Below are positions 1 to 14,100 of a stretch of 64,000 nt of DNA, in pieces. The translations under genes and the position numbers were made by a program. The first letter of the stretch is position 1. Every line of letters starts with the position of its first letter. The notes under the pieces are model-generated. The model did no database searches. It was not told where the DNA came from and saw nothing but the letters and a program-made list of their open reading frames with translations. This DNA comes from Pocillopora damicornis (taxonomy: Eukaryota), in contig NW_020846086.1 of NCBI RefSeq assembly GCF_003704095.1, positions 372,001-436,000 on the forward strand, read 5' to 3'.

Positions 1-307
1 AATGGAGCTTTCAAAGCTGTTGGAACTTTCAGAAACACAGATCAAAATATGGTTTCAAAATCGCCGTACTAAATGGAAGCGGAAGCTTGCCGCTGAGATG
101 GATTACGCCATTGCTGCCCAGGGATACCTGTACCCTTCACACCCGGCGTGCCACGGGCCGAAATGCCACTTTGAAAGTAGTTCAACGCATTCCAGCCGCA
201 TGCAGCCATCATTCCTTTCAGTTTTCCATCCACCTATATTCACGAATTCATTGAAACAGTCAACAAGGGGCTATCCGCTTTCAAATTTCAGCTCAGCTTC
301 ACTTTAG
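1..307 (+). CDS. Nedx: 3' end of an ANTP/NK-like homeobox gene, most similar to the Nedx (next-to-distalless/lms) family; runs off the left edge
   Basis: Homeodomain helices 2-3 [27 protein letters not shown], followed by LAAEMDY and a Pro/His/Ser-rich tail; stop at 305-307. [18 protein letters not shown] matches the Nedx/lms signature as I recall it, and the gene lies next to Dlx. HMX and NK6 are the alternative family assignments. Confidence 0.75.
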   Translation, partial: MELSKLLELSETQIKIWFQNRRTKWKRKLAAEMDYAIAAQGYLYPSHPACHGPKCHFESSSTHSSRMQPSFLSVFHPPIFTNSLKQSTRGYPLSNFSSASL

Positions 308-3300
308 GGACAGCTAATAATAATATTCAAGGCCGTGTCGATATTTTACAAACTCTCCTTAGCATTTCGTTTTAAATCTGGTGTTTAAGATAAATGATAA
401 CGTTCTGTACCTGCTGTAGAAATGCCAGATCATCAAAAACTTTGACAATAATACATTTTAAATTGGTATTAACTTCAGTTTCTCCAGGTGACGATTTCGG
501 TCCAGGAGAATATATCACGTGCCAGCTTCTTTCAGTGGAATATCTTTACAAACAACAATCAAATTGAAACAACAAAAAGTGTTTTCAACAGTAAATCACG
601 AAAACTGTAGATAAAGGTAAAGCGTTCGCATGTTGCATAAAAGATAAGGAACAGTTTGTAATCAAAGGGTCCTTTGTAATAATGGTGTCGTAAACTATTC
701 AAGGAAACCGTATAACTGCCATTTTAAACTTTTCCACCGAATGTGATTTAGTTTATATTGTTCACATTCGCTTTATCCTACGATAAAGTAAACTAACGAA
801 CATTTACAAGAGCATGTTAAATTTACAGATAGTTATTAAACACGCATGGGATAAGTTAATTGAGCTTCAATGATTAGTGTGTGAGCTCGTTTTCGTTTTG
901 TTAGATTTCATAATTAAAGCTTAACACAAGCCGACGATTTTTTAATTAAAAATGGGCAAAATAATTGTAGCTCATGGCAAACACACTTCAAATATTGAAT
1001 TATCTCTCCCTTATGATCGCCGAATTATGAAAAAGCAAGTATGCGTGAAATTATCTAAGTGCCATTGGCGACAAATTAAATTGGGCTGTTTATAGGATCC
1101 CTTTCTTTGTTATGACAAAACATCGGTCCAACAAAGACGGCAATTCCAATTAAGCGCTGGGTAGAGCAGTGTTGTTTTAGATTCGGTTAAACGGCAACGA
1201 AAGAAATCGGGAAGGACAGTTTTTAGTTCTCAGGTTGTTTGTGCACCATCAAAAAAGTGCGTCTTTGCCAGGGACTATAAAGGCAACAATCTGATAATTC
1301 CAATTAATTGACTAAATAAGGAAGCTATCAAGAGCAATAAGCCACATTCGGAGAACCTGCGAGGTCTCTCTGAAATACAATAACGAATACAAATGTCCAA
1401 CGATTAAATCTTTTTCCACATCATCGCCCTCTCACCAAGATTAGATCAATCTCTATACCAAAAGTAATATGTTTTCGGCAGTGAACTTTGATGTTCCGCA
1501 GGCTTGTTAAGTTTTGAAAAGCAAACAATCTCACCCATGCTGAATGGTTAACAGTGTGTGGTGCAATTAGAGGCGCTGAAAATTTGTCTTCAAAGGTTTC
1601 ATTTATTAAGTGCTTCCTTTAAAAGCTGTTAAGAGATCACAAAATGAGTCACGGCTAAAAGTAAAAACATCCGTTGGGTTTAATTGCAACAAGATGTCGA
1701 TAATCTGTAGGCAGACTTCGAAGTGTCGCTGTTAGGCTTGCAGGCGATTCACAAACCACTTTTGGACCTATTTAAAATCCACTTATTTCACTCGACAGTT
1801 GAGTGTCAGGTGAATAATTATTAAAAACTGCGAAAATTTAGACTCATTTAACGGAACCAAACAGGGCCACTGAACTTGATTCTCCTTTGCCAGGGACTTG
1901 GTGGATTAACACCTACTTTAAAACATCACGACAATGCTTGTGAGAATAAATAGCATATTCTAAAAGTTTGAATGGACATACACTGTAGGATTACCGAGTT
2001 CTCACGGATGGTTGGTTTCAAGCAAATCACGCATCACGACAGGTGAGTTTCGCATGCAAAGTCGCAGAAATCAGTTCAAGCAGCATTCTGACATAAGATA
2101 TGTCATGGATTCGTCCATTACAATAATCTTTTTTATGATTTTGGGGATGAAAAGGAGTCTTTCTCTTACGGTTGGTTCATTCTTTTTAGAGATCAGTAAT
2201 GAATTAGTGATGATTCGGCTTCGCGGCGGCTCTTTAATTTTTTTCCTTCTTCAACATAAACCACTCTTCCTCAACAAGGGGGTCCTCTTCAGTGGAGGAG
2301 TTAGTGCAGGTTAGCCAATTTAGAATTTCCGGCCAGTGAAAGCCACACAAATTCAACTGCTGCCCCAAGGTAAAAAGAGCACCACCCAGCCACAAATACA
2401 GATGATGGCTAAAAAAAAGCATGTTTCATAGAAAATGTGTACATTAACTCCCACCCTCTGTCCCCATGGCTACGGTTGCTATGGTTAATTCCAATTGCAC
2501 AAGCTTAAGCCAATGGTGAGCGATCATCGGGGTGGGGGTGCCACGTGTTCAATTTAGAAAGGAGTAGTCAAAGACTGATGCAGACTGATGCTCACAAGGG
2601 AATTTATCTGAAAATTGTTTACAATATGGTTAGAAAACTGGTGTTTCCAAATTCGGTGCCGGGCGTAAGCGTGTCGTATGCTATCCTCGTGCACAATCTT
2701 GAGATGTGTAGGTAAAGACATTGAAGCGTGGCAAAGTTAATTTTTTTTTACTCAAAAATCGAATGGTTCATATCTGTACGTTCGACGAGAAATGAAGCAC
2801 GTGGGAAGTTTTGTTTAAATAGTGCCACAAACAATGCCGTCGATCAAATAATGAACTCGAATTGACTTTGGATTGGCTTTCAACTTGAAAATCGTTTCTG
2901 GAACCAACGAGACACACAGCAGGAATAGGATGAATATCTCACAAGCCTCGTTTTTTCGTTACTAACATTGAATTTTGATTTGTTTTATGGCCCAGGCTGT
3001 TCACGCCTTGAACCAGGAATTGAAAGGGGAAAAACTCGGTCAAAAACGCATGGTACAAACGGCAATCCGTCGATTATTAAAAGGTATCGACTCGCTGATT
3101 TGGTGTTTATTCGAATACAGTTGTCAATAGGAAAGGTACTCATGCAAAAATTTGTCATTTCGTTTTCCTTACAGAGAGTGTGACATTTTGAGATCTTTGA
3201 CAGTAACAAATCGATAGTAAGGTTAAAAATCTTTAATAAATAAACTCAAGAAAAGACGCCCATGTATTTGTTTAAAATGTTTATATTCCTCCCTTATTCA

Positions 3301-4819
3301 TTATCAGATGAGATTTGACGTGGTTCTGAAACTAGATGGCTCCAAATGATCACCGCACCTCGGTTATGGAGCCTATCAGCTTATCGACGGCTACACTCTT
3401 TCCAGGATGCAGGCGAGTTGGTTGGCAATCTGGACTACTACAGTCGTTTACTTGCAAACCTTCAGTTAAAGCTCGTCACTCGAGATGAAATTTGTATTTA
3501 AGGTGACTTATCTCTGTCGATGCATATAAATATATATAAATATATGAATATATGATATATACATACTGAGCGCATCATTTTTTAACTTTTCTGCCAAAAG
3601 AGGAAAAACAAGGAAATCAGCTTTTCTTTTGAATGGCCCTGAGGAAGTTGATTGTCTGAATTTTAGCACCTTGTGTCTGTAGTTTATGTACCAAATTTAG
3701 GAATAACAATCAGCATGAGTTTCTAAAACTAATGCGTAGGCTACAAAGACAAAAAAAAACGGAAGTAACTAAAGGATATAGGAATAGAAAGCTGAAAAAG
3801 CTGGGCAGCTGTTGACTAATGTTTTTGTCTAAAATTCTCTTTTCCGTCTTTATAAATTTCCGTTTCTTATTGTTTCATTTCCATTTATCAGATTATTGTA
3901 ATGATAAATTAATTTAATGTTGAGACTTTTTTGGAGCTAGGGAGATGTTTGTGCTTTGAGGCCATGAAAAACATGATTCTATTCTATTGTCTCAGGGCTA
4001 ATGATGGCTTCAGTCTGCTCCCAATTATTCGAACAACTGGCAACAATAACTCAAGTTTCACGTTAGCTCAAGTCTTTTTCTCTCAGGCCATTTTCTATAT
4101 TTTCTATCGACTTTTATCGCGAAAAACACAAACGGAGGCCTTTAAGAGAATCTCAAAGAGGTGATGACTCTTATGGCTAACAGATACGGTTTTGGTCAAT
4201 TTACGGCTAATTGTTATTTAGAGTCCGTTGCGATTAGAAGACACATTTTTACAACTAACTTTTATTACGACTACATATTTTTCAGTTCTCGTGCTTTTCT
4301 TTTTTACAGCTTACGGTTAAACCCATTAAGGTGTAACCACGGATAAAAAATAGGAATTACGGATCCAGAGTTCCCAATAACAACTTTGGATCTTTACTAA
4401 TAACTTTGAATCGATTGTTATAGGTTTGGATCCGAAATAGGTTCCAATATCCACTTTTTTCTTTCATTTATGGGGGGCACTTACAGGCCACCGAGCGAAT
4501 CAGGTTTGTCTGTGAGTAGCAAATCAAAACGAACAACATTGAACAGCACTCTTTTTTCCTTCATATTTCTTTTTAATATTGTTCTCTTTTTTTACATTAC
4601 GCACATGCACCAGTTTAGTTCAGCGCGTGATACAATTAACACTACAATATTGCTTTACTCTTTCCACCGTATAGATGTTCCATTTCACCCAACAATATTG
4701 GTATCAAGTTTAACTGAAAGGAACACTTTGTTCTTGGTTCCAGTCTTTTCAATTGCCGAGATAACTCGAATGTTAATCAGTTTTCTGTAAAGATTTGAGT
4801 TACATTGAGACCACTGCGT

Positions 4820-5108
4820 GAAGCAATTTTCAAAGGAGTATCGAAAGTAATTCGTCTTGCATTGTTTTTACTTTACTTTGTTCCGTGATTGGTCCAGAAA
4901 ACCCGCGCCGCTTGCTAACCAAACACAGTACTGTCAGTTCAAAACTTAAATCTTATGGTGATTTGTGGTCACTCGCTCGAGGCTAGACAGTTTCCCTGTT
5001 TTTATTTTGAGTTCTGATTGGCTCAATGTGACGCTTTCATTTGGTCTTATTGACTGTTGTAATTATTGTTACTTAGGTTTAGCGAGACTCAATCAAAAAA
5101 CGCTTTAA
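4820..5108. repeat. Degenerate interspersed repeat (MITE-like); related copy at ~37625-37930
   Basis: Imperfect inverted ends AAGCAATTTTCAAAGGAGT / ACTCAATCAAAAAACGCTT and repeated TGATTGG motifs shared with 37625-37930. Confidence 0.45.
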
Positions 5109-8100
5109 TGAGATTCCATTGGATTTTTGCTCAACGTTGACACGCGCCCCAGCGTATTGTTTTTCTAGAAAATTTTTACGTGTTCGCTTTTCTATGTCAT
5201 TAAAAGCCATCAAAAGGCGACGAGAAAGGCTCGGACTATAGTTTGCTGTTGTATATATTAAAGAAAATATCTTTGTTATTAAGCTAAGGCCCCACGAAGG
5301 GAGGCGCTCGCCAGTGATAATTTGGCTTTGCCTTTGATTTTCTTCAATTTTCTTCCGTGAAATCCCTCAAAATTTTCACAGTTTGTGAAAATTGTCCTGC
5401 CAATCATTTAAAAGCCGAAAAAAAAAATAGGAGTTATAAAGGCTGTTTTCTCGCTATTTGCAGTTTTGTGTATTCTTCCTCTATCTCAAATTTGGTCTTA
5501 TGAATTTTTTTATTAACAGGCGTTAGGAAGGACACAAATATGCTTAACGGTCTAGCAAATCTAGCAAATTCCACCGAAGGAAACGCGAGAAATTCTATAG
5601 ATCCCTATTTTCTTTGTCGCCAAAAGTTATGAAATGGAATAGAAATTTGCCAAGATCGGTATATGAGCATGCGTAGACTTTCGAATCGCGGACCACGAGT
5701 ATTCGTTTGCCATGTTTGTTTCGGACTTGCAAAATTCTTGGACATCAAACACAAGCAGTACTGGGCATCAGTGGCCCTGTATTCTATGGTTTCTCCGTGC
5801 AAGATAATAAAGTATATACCTTTAAGCGACTCATTTCGAGGAATCTTTGCAAGCATCATCGAAATACTGCACTATGGCAAATAAAATTCTCATAGAGCGT
5901 GTCATTCGCTTATTATGGTTGTAAAAATGAAAAAAATTATTCATATTTACCACGCTTACAAAGTAAACATTCCTTGAGGCCTTGTGAAAATGTTTGTATA
6001 TCAACCACTAGAGTTCCTTGTAGATCTTTAGCTACCGTCTGTTGGTGGAAATCAGAACCACTTTTGAGACCTAAACTTCGCGATCGATCAAAACGATAAT
6101 TTTTATTTTCTGATGACGCAAAAAAGCAAATATCCTGAACATCGTGGGTTACTTCCCGAGATGACCGTAGAGCCTGTTTTGTAGGTGGTTCTTTTTCCAC
6201 ACAGCCATCTTCGTAATGCAGTTTTCGTTGACTAAATTTCGTAACCTTCACTTAATGATTCCTTCGTTGTTTTCTTTAATTTTAAAGTCCTCTTGAAGCG
6301 ACCGAACGCGCCACGGGTGTTGCGTTGGCCTTTTTCAGGCGTGAAAGGCCTATAAATACACTGGGTGTCGTTGCTGGAGTTCCCAGAGTCCATAATGTGG
6401 ATACATTTTTTTTTTTCACAACTCTTTTGATATGAATCGTGCGATCGTATCGAGCCGCCATATTTGTTTTGTTTAGCGACATTTTTAAAGCTCGCACCAT
6501 GTTCGGGTCCAGATCTCGCGCGGTCAAGAAACCCTATGAAACCACCTTGTAAAGAAGTACTTCATGGGTTGATTTTCGACTAGAAGCTGATCGTACAAAG
6601 ACGAGGAGGGGCTGGCAATTTAGGCTGGCACTTTAAACTACAGCTTGCCGAAACTGATTACTTCATTTTATTTGGTAGGTTTTCATGTCAACTTTTAAAA
6701 AATTCATGATCGACTCGCCTGCTCTGCTGAAAATGTAAATAAAAAGTGCGTGAAACTGCTTAAGTTGCTTTAGAAACTCATAATTTTTTGCTGTAATTTT
6801 AAACAACATAAATGCTGACATGCAATTTCGAAGACATTTTATTATCAGTGAAGCCTGTGTAAACAATCCGAGCTTAAAAATTACTATTAATTGTCATGTT
6901 AGAGATCATGATGCAATCTGACGAGAGGAGTATTGTTTTGTTTTGTTCTATTTTGTTTATTTTTGTTGTTGTTATTTCAATTCATTTTTAGACTCCACAT
7001 TGTGGATTTATCTGTCTTCAAAACTCAATTGCACCTTTTGTGAATTGAATTTCATTTTGAATCTTGATTAAATTCGACATATTCGATAAATTTCAGCTTC
7101 TTGTGTTAATACAAGTTCTTCAGAGATAATAGCCTACACGTCACTTCTCCGTGAATGTCTCCAGAATTTACCATTCATTTTCCACCAAATTTTCAAAGGA
7201 CATGACCAACTTGTGAATGAGTATCTATTGTCAATTTCATTGCCAGGCCGAACATGATCCCATACAATATATCGTGTAACAACCACGGGAAGGGAAGAGA
7301 GGGAGCGGCGTCCAACCTCTACCTTCCCTTGTACGTCCAAGCGTAAGCAAGCTCGAGGTATAATATACTGTCCGTTGAAGAGATAATCGTTTTATTCAGG
7401 CAATATCTGTTCATTTATTTATTTGAAATCTTAATAAAGAGTATTATCAGTATAGGTACAGTATGAAGTGCAGTAGGTGTTGTTTCAGAAATGACTTTAT
7501 TTATAAGTATACTCATATGTTTATGCAAGGTTCGTGCTCTTTGCGAGGAACCTTCTTTTTTCTTTGTGAAATTTAATACCCTGTTTTAGGAGTAAGACTT
7601 GAAAACCATGCCCGCCATAGAACTGTTTGGGGAAAATGTAGAAGTGCCATTCTAGAAGTGCCATTCTCTCGAAAGCAATTTTTAACGGTCAATTTGCTCT
7701 TTGAAATCCCAAAAGGTAACAAGCACTTAAATCTCTTATACGCTTTCTAACGGGAGATATAAAAATTATATCAATTGTTTCTTAAGCATTAATTTTCTTT
7801 AACACAAATGAAAAAGGATTATCTAGGCCGTGACTCTTTACGCAAGACAAGAAAATTAAAGCATCAGAAGATCTTTCTAACTTTTGTTCGTATCTTCAAA
7901 AAATGTCAAATCTTTCCATACCAAAGTCTTTGAAAGTCGAGCATAGAAAATGCTAAATACGTTAAATATCTCTATGAGTAAATAGATAACTGTTTTCACC
8001 TCAAATCAGCCTGCAGGAAAGGCGAATATACTTTTATAAAGCTCTCAGAATACCACCAGCGAAAATAAGAGTGAAATTATTTACACTCTTCGTTTTTCTT

Positions 8101-11100
8101 TTATCACCTATAATGTATTTTCTCTTAAATTATTCATTTATTTTCATTTGCGCATTTGTCTAAGAATTTTATTTATCGATTATTCCTGAAGGGACATAGA
8201 AGTTATCTCTTGGGAACATCACTGCCAAACAAACTTGTTACGTGTGAGCATACCATCGTTTATAGCTTGAAATTTTCCGAAGAAAAGGAAGAGAAAACTG
8301 TTGTTTGAGGAGAAAACATTAAGCTTACGGAAAGATGAGACATGACTGACTTCAGCTGCGCTTCACGAATTAGCCTTTGAAATTTTGAAGCACAGAAACC
8401 TCAACTGATTAAAAGAAAAAGCACTTTTGAGAGTTAGGAAAATGAGACTTAAAAAAGAAACGCTATGAGCTCTGAACCTTTCTCGTGCATAACCTGTTAA
8501 ATGCAATTATTAAAAATTTGGTCGGCTTCTTATGTGTCTCTTACCAAGTCCATGGCGATATAATTAGTTTTTTCCCATGTTTGTTTGTATCCTAAGGACA
8601 TTTTTGTGGCGTAAATCTAGCCATCAACTAATATACCTCAAGAACCCCCAAAACATCTAAGAAACCCGTCATGCACATTTACGGCTCATAGAACTTTAAC
8701 GTAGAAGGCCCATTGTTTTAGATCCTCGACACAATATCGTTTTTGAGTATGTCTATTAAAATTGTCCACTCTTTCTCGGTTAATCGAAATTGTTCAATCT
8801 CTCTTCCTTACCCCTGCGGCCCTGTTATGATCGAATCAGAGTAACGTCTATCATAACGTACTCTATCTTGCACCCATATCTACAGAAATGGACTTTAATT
8901 TTTTACTTAAGAAGGGACCGTTGCGTGCTGATGATTCTCAGCGGTTTGGTCGGCCTCGCCCAAAGTTTTTAATCAGTCTGGTATGTGTAATAGCCTGAAG
9001 CAGGGCAATTCATTTGAATGCTAAAAGGAAATTGTCATGGAAAAGAAAACATTGCGGTTGAGCCGCAAATGAATGCACCTGGTTAAGTCTTAAGGGCACA
9101 TTCTTCGTCAGCTTGACTATTGAATAGAAGGTCCAGAAATTAGCGCGAAATTACTTTTTGGAAAGTGATGTCGTAATTGATATTATTAAAAAATTAGCCC
9201 AAGCGGTAAAATCGACGCGATTTTTATCACCATTAGATAAAGCTCACTGTTCACATAGGTCAATGGATTGAGCTTGTTTTCTAGACATACACTTAAGCTT
9301 CTTGACTTGCCTTTGTTCTGACGGCTCCAACCAGTCCATTTTGCCCATGGCATGAATTTTATCAGATTACCTTTAAACTGTGTTAAGAAAACAATTATGA
9401 AAGGAACCCAAACCATACTAAAACCAAAACAAATTCTCTGGCGTTTCTCTTCTGTCAAGAGAGTTTTATTTTCATGTGTTAATCGTAAATAAAGAATTTT
9501 TGAAATTCAATTATGTATTTTGTTTGGGTTTCGTTTTATATTCGGTTTTTATCAACGCTTCACCTGTTGTTGGTTAGTGTGTTCACCTAGATGTTATAAG
9601 CGCATGAAAGAAAAGCCACTGGGAGTTAATAAGCTTAATGGTGCGTGCCCAAACACCATTACAACTCGTTAGCACTTATGGTAGTGAAATAGCGCTTACA
9701 GTAGTAAAAAAAAAAAATTAAAATAGCTCCTAATTTAAACTATATCCTTAGGACTTTTCCCACTCCACTATATCTCTGGTAAACCACCTGCAAGTAGCGG
9801 TGTCCGCTGAATGAAGACACCCGTAACTTGTAAAATAAAATTCATGTTTTCTCATTCAGACAAGGATAGAATCTTCTATGTTGCTTTTGTACGGTTGCGA
9901 ATGGGTCTTGGAATTTCACTCCAACTAGATCATGTTCATCATACGCTCATTGTCATGTTCAACAGCGTTAATCGAATTTTAGCGTTATTTAAAACGAAAT
10001 CGAGAAGCTTCATACAAAAGGTCCATACTATTAACTATTTTCCAAAGACCTCCAAATCTGAATATTTACAAAGACCTTTGTACTTAAAGGGTGTTTTAAG
10101 CCAAACTGCGCCAAAGCAAATATCACGCAAGGTGCCGCTTATGTTATTATTATCTCTCCAATGTTTTTATCGCTGAAAGCTGTGTTTCTATTAGTCTAAT
10201 CAAATTGTAGTAATGTTTGCCAACATTTTCTTAAAAAAAAAGGAAATTTATAAATGCATTCAAATTAAGCAAATATGCAACAATGGATTCCTAACTTTTC
10301 GTTAGCACCATGGTTCACTGAGCATCCAAGTCAGATGCATCATTAAAAATAAAGCGAAGTTTCTTGATCGGCCGTTCTCATGATCGGTTTTTCTCTATTT
10401 CTCAACACACAAAACAGAACAAAACTGCCGCCGTGCGCTATTGAACGTAATGATACCGAGGTAAGGCATAAAACAATTCAAAGTTAAATTAGCTCAGCGA
10501 GAGATCCTAAAACTCGACAATTATCTCAATGGTTTTGTTGGCACAAAGCTATTACCCTGTAATTAGATTGAGTACGAGTTTACGGGACACTCTTAAAGAG
10601 TCTTTAGCCCTACAAATTAATCGTTTATGGCAGAAAGAGCCGGTATTTGAAGCAATTCGGTCTCTTTTAAGTCCCTAAAAGCTCTCGCGAGGAACAGTCT
10701 TTATTATTGTACGCACGCAATGAAGAAAGAATAAAAACAATGTGCACAGTCATTCTAGTAATATTGGCAAGCTCGTAAAAACGTAGAAACGACGGAACAC
10801 GTTTTTATTTAAGCTGTGGTTAACGTCATTAATGTCTTACTTTTTTGTCTTAGAGGGCTGTGTTTGGTAGTACAATGTACAATGGAGTTTTGGGAGAGCT
10901 ATTTACAAAAAGAATTAGCAACGATACAATGACTTTTCGACAAAACAAACTTTTGAGTTTGTGCAAACGGTCGAGGCTCTTTGTTTTGTAAATACACTTC
11001 GAAGCCCTCCATTAAGGGCCATTGTTCATTAGACTAATTATCTGTGACCCGTAACTCCTGTTAATCAACTCTATTAACAAAATCGCTAAATGAACCAAAC

Positions 11101-14100
11101 TAGTTTTGTCATCGAAAGGCTATTTTGGAGATAAGATACATTTGTTAAACACACAGGAAATTGCTTAAACATCGGCAAAGTGGTTTCCAAAACGCCCAAA
11201 TTTCCCTTAAAATGTTATATGGGAGAAGTGAATGTTGCTCTTAATTAACTCCGTATATGTGTTGGAAACAAAGATTTCTGTCTTTTAAGAGCATAACACG
11301 CAGTCGCCAACTCCACCCAGGTATTATTCCATATTTGTCTGACGAAATTATCTTTAATTTTACCCTTGCCCAATTGAAACTATCAACGCGAATTAGCCCC
11401 GAATACCACTTTTGGCTAACAAAACGCCAACTCAATCGGTTCTTGCCACTTTGGAGCCATTAAAGGATATTTCAAATTATCTTTCTATCTGTATTCATGG
11501 CTAATTATATGCGAAAATTGCGTCTTGACGGCCATTTAGTAATTAGTCCATTAAGTCGACAGGCGGAACAAAGACAACATGTAGAGGGAATTAGCATTTG
11601 AACAAAACAGGCAGGCATGGCCTGTGGTCGTTTTTACATGAATACGATGGCAGCCCTTTCCCTCTGAAAGAGAGAGAGATATAATAAAAAACTTAGCTGA
11701 TCCTTCTATAGAAAGAAAGCATTCATCTCGCAACAATGAAGAACGGCTGGTTTTGTTTTGTTTTTCTTTTTAGAGTCGAGTGCAAGGAAAAGATAAGGAT
11801 AAGTTATGTGCCAATGGGTTTGAATAGAATTTTGAAGTGTCTTAAGAGTCGATATAGCCTAGAGATAAAAATATATATAACAAAGCTAAGCAAAGATTAA
11901 AAAAAAAAAATTGGCTGCAGGTGTTTTGGGGAGACATAGATTTCCAATGCTGAGTTCGTTTAAGGCTTTGTAGCTTTTCTCAAATTGTACCAAACGGAGA
12001 CGACAAAAACTCAAATTATAAACCTGAGTGTCATTTTCCAAGACTAATTAACCGCAGTGGTGTATAGTTTGTTATATTGTGAGTCTATTATTCTTTCAGC
12101 TTTTTGACGCGCAGAGTTTACACAAATCCTTTCTTTTGATGGCGAACAAAGCAAAACAGTCAGTAAGGAACTTTTCAGCGCCTTGCGTTGTATAAGTCAA
12201 CCATGTTTTATTCAGTGTGAGGTGGTAAAAGTACTGATCCAGTTCAACACAAATCAATCTCGCTCTTAACGAGCAAAAGTGCTAAAGATCCTTTTTATTG
12301 TTTCTCAGTGTTAATATGAAGTTATCTCGATACGCTCGCCTTGATATTAACAACAATTTGCCTCAATTAAACCTCTTCTCACCAAACAAGTATTCAACAT
12401 GAAACTGTACTGAGTGATATGGATAGCTGTGTCATCAATTTAATGCTGAGAAGATCCATCATATGCATTACGTGTAAACTCGAGAATTAATTATTAATAC
12501 AAAATGAGGAAGCAACTCTTTCCCCTTTAAATTTATCCTATAGATCATATATAGAACTATATTCATACCACGAACTATTTCTTGTGCATTTGCACTGAAA
12601 ACCACCAATTGGCGTTGCGTGAGTTTTTCTTTCTGTTTCCGTCTCTCTATTTCCTCCTTTTAGATAACAAAGATTAGGCTATTTTAATGAAAACTTCTTT
12701 GCGTAATCTCTTTACCAGTCAATTATAGACATTCTTGATGTACACACTCGAGCGACTCTTAATCATTTGGTATAGCCATGAAATATATATATTGCAATGG
12801 CGTCGCTATATTTAACAGGAATTTTCAATTTGAAATTGATGGAACTAAGTAAATAGCTGTGATAAAAATACCTCCCAGCAGATGAGAAGAATACTAACCT
12901 CGTAGATCTAGCCGGTATTATATTGTAGTAATGATATCATTCTCGTATTTTTGATCGGTGGAATTTTGAGTCTGAACTCCAACCTTCAATTCACGCTGAC
13001 ATTTCGGTAAAGGGAAATATAACCAGCTCGTCTACTTCCTCTGTATATTTGCATATCTAATAGCGTTTACCCTCAAGTTCACTAGTAAACATTTCCTTAA
13101 TTTACTTCCTGTTAAGATGAAAATAAATTCCATTTTCACCTAATTTAACAAGCCTTTGCTGTCTTATTCTTAAGAAGTGCAGTAAGCGACAAGATTTGTC
13201 CTCAATGTTCTAGGCTTGATGGTAATACTGAAAGTTATTCTCTACCTGCAGATATTGTGTGTTCTTTCGTTCCTTTTTTTTTTTCGACGGTATCCGAGGA
13301 CAACTTCCTTTGTGCTGAAAAATCTAGAAATTATCAAGTCTTCACACGAGATGTATAAAAATAGTTTATAAAACTGCCGCAAGGTGGCGGTCAAGTGTTT
13401 GAATGACCTAACAGGTCCAAAGAGACTTTTAGCATCTTCCGCAAAGTTTGAGTATGAGGAATATCAAATATTTATAGCCGGAATTCGGAACTAGTAGAAC
13501 CACCTCGAAACATTAGCTAGTTGGGTTCGCCCGAGAAATAGCGTTCGTCAAATGAAAAGTAATGGGGAGGTATTTTTTTTTTGTTCGAAATCATTCACAT
13601 GTAGACAAGACACATATCCAACACAAGAAACAATAACACGACACAATAGACAGTCAGTGCGTATTCAGATTATGTTGGTTTTGATAATGGTTGTACAATC
13701 AAGTCTCTCAAACCGAAATATTGTTGAATTTTTCTTCGTTAATCCATCAGAGCGATAACTGTGTTACTGAAAATTCTTGCGGTTGCAATGTGTGACGAAC
13801 CGAGCGTTAGAATTGATATAACCATCGTTCTTATTTGAGCGCACCTCGGTGACCGATATTTTACTTCTGTTTGCTTGTCGTAAATCATCGAGATCCAATC
13901 CAAATAGTAAGACAATGAAGTCATCATTGTGTGATGACGATATGTTTGTATAATAATCGAGCACAGAACAATGAAAATATCTCTTTGAAGCCCCTGACAG
14001 AAACAAGAAAAGTAAACACAAGGGCCATTTTTAGAGCCGTTTTTCTCGCACATGCTTGTCATTCAGAGGGCGTCATAGCCGTGTCGAAACGGACCAATCT

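Noticed and set aside
7639-7666. 14-bp tandem duplication TAGAAGTGCCATTC (similar short duplications at ~5552, ~17268, ~33517)
   Set aside because: Isolated slippage duplications with no spacer or array structure; not CRISPR-like or functional on present evidence.
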